A stretch of DNA of 64,000 bases from Cenococcum geophilum. Lineage: Eukaryota. Shown here piece after piece: positions 13,868 to 27,500 of the stretch (its first letter is position 1; each line of letters begins with the position of its first letter). Location of the stretch: positions 3,038,001-3,102,000 of the forward strand of contig CP158635.1 of the NCBI GenBank assembly GCA_050273025.1, in the 5' to 3' direction. A model generated the notes under the pieces. The model worked only from the letters and a program-made list of their open reading frames with translations. It searched no databases and was not told the DNA's origin. Position numbers and translations under genes: made by a program.

Positions 13868-16800
13868 AAAAAGATTCACCACACATACAACCTTACTAAA
13901 AGGTAGCGCCACACTTCAAAACTTACGCATACCCATCTTACCATCAAAAACAATCGATTTTCCGACTTTTAAGACCCAATTCCTCCTGCCTAGCGAGCTA
14001 GAGGTGGATTTATTTGTCGTTTTACCCCCTTCCCCCCAACAGAAAATTCTTCTTAGGGGTGGTCCTAGCTTGTAAGCGAGGCACGGATAGGAACACCAAA
14101 ACTACTACTACGGAGGTCCCTAACAAAAGTTCTTGCACCTTCCTAATTAGGAAGTTTGGCTTACCGCCCACCGACCGCCGACGGCAGAATAACTTCTACA
14201 GCCTCATCACCTCCATTACGCCGATACCAACGCCCTAGGTCCCCTTAATGCGTTCTAAAATTGCTTAATAACTCCTCCAGCTTAAATATTACTTTGCTAA
14301 CTATACGCTTTCATCAGCTCGCGACTAGGGCTCAGGCCCTAGCTATAAAGGCTATAGGAGCGACCCTTTAGTATATCAAACGCATCACCAAAATTAAGCG
14401 CCGAGCACTATAATATCTCTTCAAAAAGGCCCACAGTTGTGGCTAGGACCCTTCCTCTCGTCCTCTTATTCTTAACGGCTATATTATTAATGCTCCTCGT
14501 ACTAGATTAAAGGTTAAAATTACCCGCGAGTTTAAACAGCAAATTCTTAAGAAAGTCACCACCAATTAATTTGGTAGAGAGAAGTCCTACACCTATATTG
14601 CCGCTAAGTGCGGCTGCTCTACTTAGACTGTCTAGCGGGTCCTTTAACGCTATAGATATCAAAAGACGAAGCCTAAAGGAAGCTCGCCTGTAGTTCGCCT
14701 TGCGATATGAGCATTGGACAATTGATAATTGGAAGGCTGTTATCTAGAGCGATGAAACCGGCGTTGTTTTAGGCTATAAAAGAGGTGGATATAAGCTCTG
14801 GTGTTTAGCTAAAGAGAAGGTAAATAAAAAGGTAATTTGACCTTAATTTCCTAAAGCTACTAAGTTTATATTTTAGGGCGCGTTCTTATACAATTAGAAG
14901 GCTCCCTGCTATATATAGAGGCCTAAGACTATATAAGAGAAGAAGGCTTTAAAGATTGAGCTTTAAAAGATTAACGAAGCGATTAAGCCAGAGCTTTACG
15001 TGGCTTGGCAGCTTACTACTAGTATATAATAACTCGGGCTTCGCAATAAGCCAGGTAGAAAGCCTTAATTCTGTATAACTAAGGAGAATGGCGCCTTCTA
15101 AAGAAACGGGAAGAAAGGGGGTATTGATTGGTATCGCTACCTTACTACTATCCTCCTTTCTATCCTCATTCCTTTTGGTATTAAGTGCCAGATTAATCGC
15201 CTAGATACTATTATTTAAGAGGATAAAGCTCCGTCTTATATATCGCATTACCAGCAGATCTACTTTAACGTAGTAGGCCTCTAGCGCCTTCTTTAGCCCA
15301 GTAATTCACCCGATTTAAACATAATTAAATTAGCTTAGGCCTATCTTAAACGAGTCACTATATAGAAGGGAGCGCTAAAAACTAGAGCAGAAGCTGAGCG
15401 AGTATGGCGGAAGGCTTAGGAGGAGCTTAAGCAGTGGCGAATTTAAGCTTAGATTAAACGAATTCCACGTTATATTAAAGAGGTTATTCGCTATTAAGGA
15501 GGCAACGACTATCGCGAAGGCGCTTAAATGCATGGATTAATATTAGCGCCAGGTTATTACTTATATGCGATAGTAGGTGCTTTTAGGCCTTAATTAAGTT
15601 GATCTAATAGAGTCTTTATTAAGTAAGCCTAAGCTACTAGAGCTTCCGGAGTGTATAAAAATAGGACCTTAGCTACCGCACGACCTTATAGATCTAGAGC
15701 CTCTGCATAGCGACTACAATCCAAAGCAGCGTTGCCGACGTCGAGCTAAATGGGCTCTCCTCCAGCCGCCTACTTAATTGAAACCTCCCTCCGATAAGCC
15801 TCCCCTTAAGCCTCTGCCACCCGTTAAGCCTCCTCCTCCTCCTCCTTAGCCGCTTAAGCTTTAGAACCGACCGAATACAAAGGGCAGAAATATAAAGAAG
15901 GCAACGTTCAAAGTCAGCTTTGTAGAGCGGCAGCGGCAAGAACAACGGGCTCTAAATGGGCAGGAGGATTAACACCAAGCAGCGGATATTAGGTGGCGTA
16001 CGGTCAATCAAACTACAAGGAAGTAGGTAAGAAAGAAGGACCCTATTACTACCTCTAGGGAGGCCGTAGGTAACGGCACAGCCTCCACTAGCAGCTTAAT
16101 TAACGTAGACGTTAGAGGAAGGTCCTTAGAGCCGCCCGTAGGTCGTCCTCTAGAGCCTCCAAAACACCAAACGTCTATATAAACAATTAACAAGAAAATA
16201 GGAAGAAGGCAGTAATAAGAGGTTACTGCTCAACCAGAGGACCTTATAGAGTCGGTGGAGGAGCTAGTATAGGGCAGGAACCTATGGTCACGCAGAGCCC
16301 GCAACCTTAAAAATACATAGCTTATTAATAAATCAATTAATCGCCTATATATTGCCTTTTATTTAAAGCTTTAAGAACGAATTTAATGCGTCTAGCGCCG
16401 AAATTCATATTCTGCCGATGGGCGGTAAGCCAAACTTCCTAATTAGGAAGGTGTAAGAACTTTTATTAGGGACCTCCGTACTACTACCACTAATACTAAA
16501 CCGATACTAGTCTTTTTTTAGCTAGTTTTTCTACTACCTTTTAGCCTAGTCTCCCTAGAAATCTTCTAGTAGAATTAGTAAGGAGAAAGGGCGTAAAAGG
16601 ATAGTAAAAACTAGCAAGGCTTTTTGCCTAGTTTTTCACCTCTAGGACTAGGAGATAAGAGACCTAAGAAGGTTATTATCTACTGTAAAAACTAGGAAAC
16701 CCCCCTATAAGCTTCTATAAGCTTTAAAATGGTAAAGACTTATAAGTTAAAAAAAAAAGCTATCTAAAAGCAAAACCATAGAGATAATTAATGATATATC

Positions 16801-18537
16801 ATCTACCTCTACCTCTACCTCCTCTCTTCAATCTTCCTCTTGCCTATTTAAACCTCCAATCTATATAGGAAAAAAAAGAAGCTACTCTTAATCACTTTCC
16901 AAAAAAGAAAAAGAAAAGAAAGAAGAAAAAAACCAATACCAAAACTAATGCCAAACAAGAGAGGGGATAGATTTCAGGCCTATTACGGCTAGTATACTCC
17001 CCTCTTCTCTTTCTCCAAATCAACACCTACAAAAAGCTTTAGAAAGCCTAACTTAGGCTTATAAAGGGCTAAGAAAAGAAGAAGAAGAAAAAAAAGAACA
17101 AGTTAAATAGCTAGAGGACTATACACGGAGTATTTTAGTAGGAGAAAATCCCTTTATATAAGGAAAAGAAAAGGCAAACAATGTCCTAAAAGGACTAGTA
17201 GAAGAAGTAAGGGCTCTCCGTAAGGAGGTAGCTCCTACTAAAAAAACTTACGCAGAGAGGCTAAAGAAGGGCCTCCCTTCTTCGTCCTCCCTACCCTTCT
17301 TACTATTACCACCACCATCTTCTACCCCTTCTCCTTCTAGTAGGAGTTCTACTTCTACTAGAAGTAAGAAAAAGCAGCTATAAGAAAGGAAGCTAGTCCT
17401 AATTACAGACGAAAAAAACCAATCTTTAAATACCTTCTCTATACGGAACAAAGTTAATTAACTATTTGCATTAAAACTGCAAGTAGAAAAGCTAGTACTA
17501 GCGTCTATAGCTAGAACTAAAGGAAAACAAAATATTTTCCTTATAATTATAGAAGAGTATAATGTAGATTTCCTAATCAAATATAAGGATATCTGGCATA
17601 ACTGCTTTACTTTTCAAAGAGAATAAAAACTAGAACCCTGGGTTCAAATTATAGCCCATGGAGTTCCTACCCTACCTTTTCTAGGAGAGGGAGGCTCTAA
17701 GCTTCTAAAAGAAGAAATTAAGACCTTTAATCCTATACGGATACAAGGACTACCTAGATGGATTTCATCTAGTGTAAAAAGACACGATTTATAAACCAGA
17801 TTTGGCTCTATAGTTTTTACTATAGAGAACGAGGAAAAAAGACAAGAAATCCTTAAGCAAAAAGAGATATTAATTGTAGGTACGGCTACTAAGGTAGTAA
17901 AATACCTCGAAGTCTCTCCTACTACGCAGTGTACTAGCTGCCAAAAATTTGGCCATATAGGAGATAGATGCTCTACTAGAGCCTGTAGATTCTGTGCGGC
18001 TGCACATTTATCTAAAGACCACTGCTGTCCTACCTGTTTAATATCAGGCAGGCCTTGCAAGCACACTACTCCTCTTTGCATTAATTGTAAGGAAAACCAC
18101 TTTGCTAATAGTAAAGACTGCGAGAATCTTTAAGCAGCTAAACTAGTACATAGTACGTAGTATTAGCGTAGAAGGTTCTATAGAAAAATAAAACAAATAG
18201 GACTCTAGAAGGAGGCAACTCCTATTAGGCTCTTAAAAGGACCATAGAGAGCAAAAGGACAGAAATAAATTGCAAAAGGACAGGGACAGGTGTTAGGATT
18301 TCTTATAGTTTTTCCTACCGTTTTCTCATTCCCTAGTAGTTGCAGTAACTTAGTTTACTAAGGAACTATAAACTTCTAGTTTAGAGGTTTATAAACTACT
18401 AGGATATAGCTACTAGTATATGTTAAGATGCCTAGAAAGGATTTATGTATATAGAACTATAGCGCTATAGCCTAAGGCTGCATGCGCAGTATTGTACGTA
18501 GTATAATACAACGGATAAAAAAAAATTTTTAAAAAAA
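13868..18537 (+). mobile_element. Gag(ORF1)-only non-LTR retroposon, copy 1, interrupted by a Tc1/mariner element
   Basis: 13-bp TSD AGCCTAAGAAATA (13855-13867; 18538-18550) and A-rich tail ~18517-18537. LINE ORF1 zinc-knuckle region QCTSCQKFGHIGDRC...CRFCAAAHLSKDH...CINCKENHFANSKDC at ~17925-18123. No endonuclease/RT between ORF1 and tail. Homologous to 24808-26926. Confidence 0.88.
14111..16478 (+). mobile_element. Tc1/mariner DNA transposon, RIPped
   Basis: ~60-bp TIRs (CGGAGGTCCCTAACAAAAG...; 14111-14170 and 16419-16478) with TA duplication at 14109-14110 and 16479-16480. Transposase remnants: VI*SDET (~14740-14760), *EDKAPS (~15217-15237), PSNSPDLNII (~15297-15326). Confidence 0.93.
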
Positions 18538-18699
18538 AGCCTAAGAAATAGTAAGTGTAAGCCCATTTCCTTCCTTCCGTCAGTCTCTCTTTATTAGGAC
18601 CTTATTTAACAGATCTATAAAAGATCCTTAATAATAAATAATAAAAGCCTCTTTTATAACCCCTATACTTGACAAGCCTTTAGTATAATTATTTAACGC

Positions 18700-21060
18700 C
18701 AATAGTGCCTCGTAGAGAGCTCGTCGGGTTCTTCCTTATATTGACCCTAATTCCTCTTCCTCTCCAAATTAAACCAGATCTTATTATATAACAAATCGTT
18801 TATCTATATCTCCTGATTTTCTAAATAAGTTATTACCTTTAATGCTAGCTATTTATATAACTAATTCTAATGCTGACGGTTTAATGCGAATTTAGGGGTT
18901 GCTAGAAGACTCTGTTAACTAGTAACCTTTATTACTATAAAAGAAATGCCTATAGAATACACGGCGGCCGTAAGTCTTTCCTCTACCTATATTTAAATCG
19001 CAAGAAATCTCAAAAAGGTAACGGATTTACTAAGCTAAATAAATTGGAAGACTATAAAGAAGACACTCTTAAAACCGGCATTTAGCCCTAAATTATATCG
19101 CGACGCCTCTTTAAATAAACCTAGATTCGGTAGAGTTGAGTTCTAATTCCTAACCGGCGACGAGTACTTTAGAGCAGCTATTTAAATATAATAGTCGATA
19201 TGTTCCTAGTATACTTTAATTACTAATATATATTAAGTATTAATTAGTTAGTAGGATACCCGCCTAGCCCTCTATTTACTAGTCTTAATACTAATATATA
19301 GGAATTTATTCTAGGAACGCCTTCTAATACTATCCCTTCCCCTCTATAAAGTCTAATAAGTTAGGATTCTAATTCCCAGCTAATGATAAGTAATTTAGTA
19401 TAGCCTTCTATATATATCTTAGATGCCTATTATATTATTACTAGTATATCTATAACTTTCCTTAGCTTAATAATATATAGCGGGCATTAATAAGATATAA
19501 GTTATTAGATCCGCGCGCGCACTCTATACCCCCTTCTAATAACCCGTACATTAAAGGTTAGGTACTATTAAATAATAGACAGCACTATTAGGCCTTTAAA
19601 ACAACTGCCGGCTACGCTATAGATCTTTACGACCCTAGTACGCAATAGACATACCCTAAAAGTGATATTAATATTAGATACAGTCCTTATAAATAAACTT
19701 ATAAATAAAGGTAGCTCTACCTATGCCTTTAACATAGCTTACCTCCATTAAATATATCCAGTCTTATTTAATTTACTATTATTACCGCACCTATTATTTT
19801 TACTAAATGCTAATATAATTTATCTACAGAGCTTATACTACTTTAATCGCTGCTTAAACAAAGTGGGAATATATCCCAGCTTATTGTAAAACTGTTAATA
19901 TTAATGCTAAAGATAAATAATATATATATTAAAGAGATCTAAAGTGAGATTTAGATATGCTATATAGCGCATCTAGAGTTAGTAAAGTGTTAGCTACTTT
20001 AGAATAAGATCCTTTAGATAGCTAGCCCTTTGTCTTTAAAAATATTTAATAATTTACTTACTTAGTTGGGTATAAAGACCGGGCAGATAAAACTACTATA
20101 AACCCTTCTAGCAACTTTTAATAGTTCTTTAGGAATATACGGAGACTATATATTCGCACTGCCCGTACGGCAGAAAAAGACCTCTCCTATAAATAGCAAC
20201 AGCACACCTACTTTAGAACTATCTACACTAGCTCTATAAGCAAATTGTAATATATATCCAAGGAACTACGCTAAAAGGCAAAACATGCTTCAATATAGAC
20301 GGACTCGTAAGTTCGGCTTTATACTACAACTTTTTTTATTTCTAATACCTCTAGATACATTAAATTTAAAATTTAAAGGCTTAAGATACGCTAAAGACTT
20401 TTCATAAGCGGAAAATCTCAATAGGTACCTATAAGTTTATAGGATAAAAGTTACTAAATCTCCATAAGTACCTAATCGGGGGTTCTAATTGCTAGGCTAC
20501 TAAATTAAAATGTAATGGGGGATACTAGTCTAATTGTAAGAGAAAAAGGTAGTCTAGTAATACCGCTGTAGCTAGGAGGATAATATAATAGCAGTGTTTA
20601 CTATTAGTCGTCTAAATAGTTAAGAATTTTAATTATAGAGTTATTGTCTTTATATTAAGAATCGATCTTCTAGCGGTGTAAGGAGGTAGGCTTACTAGCC
20701 TCTACTAGATAGGTAAATCAAGTTAACCATTATATTTTAACACTTTATTGCGAAATTTATCAAGGACTACGCGATATTAGAAGTAGTCGCACTATATTTA
20801 GTTGGGTATTTATAAAGTCCTATTACACTAACTTACAGCTAAATTAGCCTAACTAGTAGTAGGATCTTCTAGTATTTACAACTATCATAATACTGTAAAG
20901 ATATTATAAAGACGAAGGTATGAATAGGTATATCTTAAGGATGTTATTAGTATGCAGTTTTACGTTAATAAATATCAGCCTTACTAGCCTCGTATTGGCA
21001 TTCTGGTTTACTATAGCTAGTAGAGTAAGGTCCTAGGCTAGTGGCGATTTGATTAAATAG
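18700..21060 (+). pseudogene. RIP-destroyed intron-containing gene-like relic, unknown product (limits approximate)
   Basis: Frames broken only by RIP stops, e.g. SRVSKVLATLE*DPLDS*PFVFKNI...FFRNIRRLYIRTARTAEKD (~19970-20180). GTAAGT donors near 18970 and 20307. Confidence 0.35.
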
Positions 21061-21559
21061 TAAGCGAGATATTTTAAAAACCTTTGTGTATTTATTACCG
21101 TAAGGCTTTTAGGGAGTCTAAGCCGTATATTAAGGAAGTTCGTTTTAATGGGGACTAGGATAGGATAACTAGTGGAGGTGATTAGGACGTAGTAGAAATG
21201 CGTAGCAAGCTCGTATAGTAGTTCAGCCTTAAAGCTTCTATAATTATTGCTCCAGATAATATAGTATAAAAGTATTGCATTATTATAAATGAATTAAAAT
21301 CGTCTCTAGAAACGATTAAAGCTAATAGCCCGATTATAAATAACTGTAGCAAACATTACCAGCAAAATATAGTATTTTAATATTATAACCGTATAAAAAA
21401 AATAGCATATTATAGACCTTTTTAACTCTCAAAATCTATTCTACGCGGTAGTACTATTATTTAATTTTACAGAACAAACTGTTTGAGCGCTACTATATAA
21501 ACCTATAGTAAGCAGGTAGATATCTCTTTAAAGTAATAGAAATCTACTACATTAGTTAA

Positions 21560-24500
21560 CACTACATTACCTACTATTATTGCCTCTACCTCCGCCTCCT
21601 ATGTATCTTATTTATAGGTAAGGCCTTTGCCTAAAAGTTAGTATACAAAGGAAATTAAATACCGCTATATTATATGCAGCGCCATAATAGTTATAAAGGA
21701 CTTCCGTTTTGTACTAGTAAGGGTCTTCTTCTTTTATAAATTTTGCTATCGCGTATACTATTTAGTCCTGTAGGTAGACTATAAGTTTATTAATCTTTAT
21801 CCTAGTTAGTCTAATTTCCTATAAGTAATGCCGATTTTAAAGGTAAATAATATATAGTAGAACTTTTCATCAAATGCAGTTTATTTTATAGTGATTAAGC
21901 AAATAGTCTCTATAATAGGTATAGTCCTAATAATTTACTCTTTATATTTTGTCTCTAAAGCTATATTTCTTCTTATATAAAGTATATAAATCTTTAAATT
22001 TTATCTAGTTTAACGGATAGGTACTATAATTACTAAGTGCTATAGCACCTATCTGCTTTCTCTTATTATAGATAGCTTTGCTATTAAGACCGTAAATAGC
22101 TTTATCTTTACTTTCCTTATCTATATTATTGAATATTCTTATATAAGCTATTTTTATAAGCGTGAATATTAATAGTGCTCGCTGTTGGTTATTGATATAA
22201 TTAAATTTTTTAATTATAGAGTCAATTTCCCTATAGTATTTTGTAAGAATGTCCCTAGCTTAGTAGTAGTCTATATAGGGAAGTGATCTTAAAAGTGCTT
22301 ATTTATTAATGCTCTTAAATAATTTCTCGCGATTGTTATATAGTATTTCTTAGAGGAAAGCCTAGTAGATATGCGAATTTATTAACTGGCTTATATATTG
22401 CTAATACATCGCAATACGTATATTATAGTCACCATTAATAAAACAGTTTACTTCATTAATATTAATAGATATATTAGGCCGAAGAAGTATATTATTATCC
22501 TAAAATAAAAACATCTTTAAATAATAGAGTTAATAGGTATTTATAATGAAGAACTAGCTTTAACCTTTTATAAGTAAGATTTATAGCACTTAATAAAGTA
22601 GGTTTGGAGGTGATTTTAGTAAGGGGGTCACCTTCTTAAGGGATAACCTTTTAGTAGAACCAATTACTAGATCTTATCTACCTCGCTAATTTATCTAATT
22701 ATTAAAAGTATATTTTACACCTAAGCTAAAAGCATTTAGTTAAGTTACTAAATATAAAATACTAAAAATGATATTCTCTCTTTAATGCCGACGCTAGATT
22801 ACGGCCGGTAAAAATACCTTATTACCTTCTCCAAACCTTCTAACCTTTGCTTTAGTGTTTTAGTTAGTAGCTTCCTGCTTCTTTTAAAGCTGCTACTCCC
22901 ACTTCTCTTCTCTATACTTCTCCTTAAATAGTTTCTTAGCTTATTTAAGCAGATCTTCTCCGAGATTATCCTCTAATACTACTAATAACACCTATCTAAT
23001 AGTGTATTATATAGATCTATCCTCTGCAACACGAAGAGCCTTAATATACTTAACTATATAATCGTTATCCTCTCTATAATATAGATATCTCCCTATCTTC
23101 TAAAGCCGCTTCTCCCGTTATAGGTCCCACTTTTCTTCTCTAAACTTTATCTTAACTAAGCCCTTAAACTAGTTATAATACTCTTCTCCTACTAGACTAT
23201 CCGTTAGTACCTCTAATAATATCTATCTTATAGTATATAGTATAGACCCGCTATCTATAAGCTAAACAGCTTTAATACACTTAACTATATAATCCTTATT
23301 CTTTTAGTTAGGTAGATATATATAAGGAAGTATTTTCTCTTTATAAGGATTTAATAACGGTAATTGCCTTATTTTCTTTATCTTTTTAACTTTTACCTTT
23401 TTAGCCTTTACCGTTTCCCCCCTTAAGCTTTTACGTCGCTTAGTAGATTAGCTATCTTTAGGAGGCGTAGAAGAATTAATGGATAAGGCAGACTATTTCT
23501 AAGCAGGAGTATTCTAAGGTAGAGTATTAATGCTAGATAATGGAGCGTATTAACTTTGCTATTTTAGTAATAGTTAATAGATAGGGTCTAGTCTGTTAGC
23601 GTTCTTAGCCGGATTATACTTACTAATAGTATTTTCTAAGGAAATACATTAGATAGACTGGGATAGTTTTAGGACTATTTTAGGTATACCTTAATAAGCT
23701 CTTTAAGAACATGCTCTTTTTATATTTATATTACTCCCCGCAGAATTACTACTAATATAATACTCTATAGCTAAATCACCCTAGGTAGGTGTTTACTCTA
23801 AATGCTAGTCACTATCTTGTCCTAAATTAACTTCCTTATTACAAAGGTATTTGCCGTAAACGTTATTAATATCTACCTTAGTCGGACTTAGTATGCAAAA
23901 ATCGCTAACCCTTACCGCAGATTCGTCCTATAGTTTTTCTCTAGGAAGTCCATTAGGTAAGTTAAAACGCCTAGGTTTAATTATACGGGTATGGGTATAA
24001 GTATAGTCTAGTCTATTCTATAGCCCACTTCCTTACTTTTAGAGAATATTTGCATTCTAAGTGCTTATATAGTCGCTAGTGTTACTAGAGCTAGAGCCAC
24101 TTCTATGCATTATTTTAGGGTAATTAGGGACCGACTCCTTACCCTAAACGCCCGTGTTATTTATAATTCTTTTAAGGGTGCTTTAATTGGAATTTTTAGA
24201 GGGTATTAAAGAGTATTCCGAGTCTGAAATAATTCTAGCTAGCTGCTTGTCTGCTTTCTCTAGCCGCTTATATACCTTTTTAAAACCAAGTTGATTATAG
24301 GGTACTTTGTTAGTACTATTATAAATAATATAGTTTTAGTTATTAAGGCTCTGGCTACTGTTAATGCTATTAGTAGGTCCTAGGTAGGCACCTAGGCGAC
24401 TAGCTATAGTATTACTTAGAAGACTAAAAATAGAAGTTTAGCCAGTTTAGCCGTTAAGAGTATTAGGCTTAAGACTTTGGGCGCTATAATAGGGTGGACC

Positions 24501-27500
24501 GTTATATAGTTTTCCAGTATCTAGTATAAGTGGTTTATCTATAGTATAGTGTAAGCAATTTTCCTAAGCCGATTATAACAAAATTTTGAAACGTAGTATA
24601 TTTACCTTTGCTATTAACCGATACTCTAGTCCTAGCTCTAGTTCCGACTCTAGCTCTATATTTATTTTAGAGGATACTGTCCCCCTAGCCCCTATTACCG
24701 GCTAGCTACTTAATGGCCGTGCGCCTAGGGCTAAGACTAGCTATTAATACGCTTCTCTAATATTTCCTAAAAATAAAGTCTTCTACCTTTAAAAGAAAGT
24801 TATCGTCAACCTTCTACCACACATGCAACCTTACTAAAAGGTAGCGCCACAATCCAAAACTTACGCATACCCATCTTACCATCAAAAACAATCGATTTTC
24901 TAACTTTTAAGACCTAATTCCTACTGCCTAGCGAGCTAGAGGTGGATTTATTTGTCATTTTACCCCCTTTTCCTAACAGAAAAATTTCTCTAAGGGTGGC
25001 CCTAGCTTATAAGCGAGGCACGAACAGGAACACCAAAACTACTACTACTACCACTAATACCAAAACTACAAAATAGGGGCTAGTTTCTCTACTACCTCTT
25101 AGCCTAATCTCCCCAGAAATCTTCTAGTAGGATTAGTAAGGAGAAAAGGGTATAAGAATAGTAAAAACTAGGAAAACCCCCCTATAAGACACAAAATGCC
25201 AAGGCCCGGTAGGCCTAAAAAGAAACCTCCTATAGAAATAAGTGATAATAAGTCTATATCTACACTCACTTTTTCTGCCCCTTCTCCTTCCCCTGGCCTA
25301 TTTGGGACAGGAGAAAAAAGAGGACATCCTTAGTCTTCTACTGAAAAAGAAAACCAAAAACCTGCAAAAAAGACAACCAAAATAAGGACTTTTACGGCTG
25401 GTATACCTAGTATATCTTTCTCTCCCCTTTCTCCAGAACAATACCTATAAAAGGCTCTAGATAGCCTAACCCAGGCCTATAAAGGGCTAGAAGAAGAAGA
25501 AGAAGAAGAAAAATAAAATAAAAAGGAACAAGTTAAATAGCTAGAGGACTATACACGTAGTGTCCTAGTAGGAGAAAACCCCTTTATAAAAGGAAAAGAA
25601 AAGATAAACGATGTCCTAAAAGGACTAGTTGAAGAAGTAAGAGCTCTCCGTAAGGAGGTAGCCCCTACTAAAAAAACCTACGCAGAGAGGCTAAAGAAGG
25701 ACCTCCTTACTTCGTCCTCTCTACCCTCCTCATCACTACCATTTCCTACTCCTTCTACTTCTACTAGAAGTAAGAAAAAGCAGCTATAAGAAAGAAAGCT
25801 AGTCCTAATTACAGACTAAAAGGACTAACCTTTAGATACCTTCTCTATACGAAACAAAGTCAATCAACTATTTGCATTAAAACTGCAAGTAGAAAAACCT
25901 GTTTTAGTATCCATAGCTAGAACTAAAGGAAAACAAAATATTCTCCTTACGACTATAGAAGAGAATAATGCGGATTTCCTAGTTAAATATAAAGAAATCT
26001 GGCATAACTGCTTTACCTTTTAAAGAGAACAAAAACTAGAACCTTGGGTTCAAATTATAGCCTATGGGGTTCCTACCCTACCTTTCTTAGGAGAAGGAGG
26101 CTCTAAGCTTCTAAAAGAAGAAATTGAGACCTTTAATCCTATAAGGATATAAGGACTACCTAGATGGATCTATTTAGTGTAAAAAGACACGATCTATAGA
26201 CTAGATTTGGCTCTATAGTTTTTACTATAGAGAATGAAGAAAAAAGATAAGAAATCCTTAAGCAAAAAGAGATATCAATTGCAGGTACAGCTACTAAGGT
26301 AGTAAAATACCTCGAAGTCTCTCTTACTACGCAGTGTACGAGCTACTAAAAATTTGGCCATATAGGAGATAGGTGCTCTACTAGGGCCTGTAGATACTAT
26401 ACGGCTGCACATTTATCTAAAGACCATTCCTGTTCTATCTGTATAATAACAGGCAAGCCTTGCCAGCATACCACCCCTCTTTGCATTAATTGTAAAGAAA
26501 AATACTTTGCTAATAGTAAAGACTGCGAGACTCTTAAAGCTGCTAAACTAGTACGCGAAGAAGATTCTATGGAAGAATAAAAACAGATAGGATTCTAGAA
26601 GGAAGTAACTCCTACTAGGCTCTTAAAAAGATATTAGAGAGCAAAAGAATAGAAATAAATTGCAAAAGGACAGGGACAAGGGTTAGGATTTCTTATAGTT
26701 TTTCCTACCATTTTCTCACTCCCTAGTAGTTGTAGTATCTTAGTATTTTACTAGGAAACTATAAACTCCTAATTTAGGGGTTTATAAACTACTAGGATAT
26801 AGCTACTAGTACATATTAAGCTGCCTAGAAAGGATTTATATATATAGAACTATAGCGCTATAGCCCAAGGCTGCATGCGCAGTATTGTACGTAGTATAAT
26901 ACAATGGATAAAAATAAAAATAAAAAAAAGTCATCGTCATCGTTATTGCCGTTACTATTGTCGTTGTTATTATAATTGTTATTATAGGCACTAACACTAG
27001 GTTTCCTAATAGGATTATCGTTTATAATAGATAATTTTCCTACGTAATATTAGATGCTATTACTATAACCTAGCTGTATATATATCTACCTTAGGTTCTA
27101 GTTAAGCCATCTCTAGCTTCCTAGCGCTCTATACCTTTTTTTTCCGGGATAAGACCTATAAGATCTATAATCGGTATAGAATAGTTGTTTCTATCAGTAG
27201 GTTTCTAGCTTTGCCCGCTAGTTTTTAAGGGAGGCCCTTTAAAGTAGGGCGATTAAGAGACTGGTCTAGCTTTAGGTAACCGGGTAGTTAATTTTATAGG
27301 ATTATAGAAAGTTTGGGAATCTATTTATAGGTTAAAATTTAGGGCGAAAAGATATAGAATGGGTAAGTAGTCTTTTTAAGTAAGATAGTTCAGAAATAAG
27401 TAAGAGAGAGTGTTCTTTATAGGCGTGCTTTTAGCATAGCTTAGTCCTTAGCTTGCTGCTAACCTTGCTAAAGTAGTAGCTTAGCTTAAGTAGCTTCTAG

